From an uncultured Chloroflexia bacterium (lineage in GTDB: Bacteria > Chloroflexota > Anaerolineae > CG2-30-64-16): DNA of 64,000 bases. Positions 63,438 through 64,000 of the stretch are shown here, one piece after another. Made by a program: the position numbers and the translations under genes. The stretch lies in the NCBI GenBank assembly GCA_963774265.1, contig CAVZDU010000001.1, positions 896,001-960,000 of the forward strand, in the 5' to 3' direction. Below the pieces are notes generated by a model. The model made no database searches and had not been told where the DNA came from. It was given only the letters and a program-made list of their open reading frames with translations. Position 1 is the stretch's first letter, and every line of letters starts with the position of its first letter.

Positions 63438-64000
63438 ATGACTACTGAGAATCATCCAGCTGCGACACTGCCGCTTCTTGAAGATGAGATGCACCGTCTG
63501 GTCGGTGAGGCGCAGAACAGACGGCATCTTTCTCCGCCTCGTCGGCGGCCTGGCCGTTAAGGTGCACTGCGAGCGTGCCGTGCACCGCGCGCTGAGGCGC
63601 GACTATCCGGACATCGATTTCGTGACCGACAAGAGCGGCGCTCTCCGCTTGGAGGCGTTCCTCAAGGGCATGGGCTACACGCCCAACAAGACGTTCAACA
63701 CGCTCAGCGGCGACCGGCGCCAGCTCTACTACGATGACGGCGCGGAACCGGCAGATCGATATCTTTATCGGCGACTTCCAGCATGTGCCACAAATTGCCC
63801 CTGTCAGACCGGCTGCATGTCGAGCCGCTGACGATGCCCCTGGCAGAGCTGTTCCTGACGAAGGCCCAGATCGTGGAGCTGAACCGGAAGGACGTGCTCG
63901 ATCTGCTGGCGTTGCTGCTCGATCACGAGGTGGGACCTGGCGAAACGGAGACGATCAACAGCCAGGTCATCTCGTCCCTCTGCGCCAAGGACTGGGGCCT
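63438..64000 (+). CDS. Nucleotidyltransferase-fold hypothetical protein (frameshifted; truncated at window end)
   Basis: LRLVGGLAV..RDYPDIDF (GG..DxD), LFLTKAQIVELNRKD. Confidence 0.6.

Overview
GC-rich bacterial chromosomal window. Gene content and repeat style suggest Chloroflexota (Anaerolineae/Caldilineae-like), which is an inference. The left (1-11.5 kb) and right (36-64 kb) parts are mostly housekeeping: proS, thrS with a T-box, infC-rpmI-rplT, cysS, a tRNA/tuf/secE/nusG/rplKAJL cluster, a MazEF-like toxin-antitoxin pair, one intact IS4-family element and a 140-bp MITE. Many single-base indels in essential genes, mostly at 48-56 kb and 61-64 kb, look like sequencing or assembly errors. 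The highlight is a ~24-kb co-oriented minus-strand cluster (11.6-35.9 kb). In order of transcription it encodes STAS, a cNMP-PP2C phosphatase, three hybrid histidine kinases, Hpt, a REC-adenylate cyclase-HD fusion and Crp. Next come a near-consensus CRP site, an NHLP-clan RiPP-like leader fused to 12 x 16-aa repeats, and an RRE(PqqD-like)-M50 site-2 protease with two cNMP-binding domains. I infer a phosphorelay to cyclic-nucleotide circuit that controls both transcription and proteolytic processing of a leader-tagged repeat protein, with no classical RiPP tailoring enzymes nearby.
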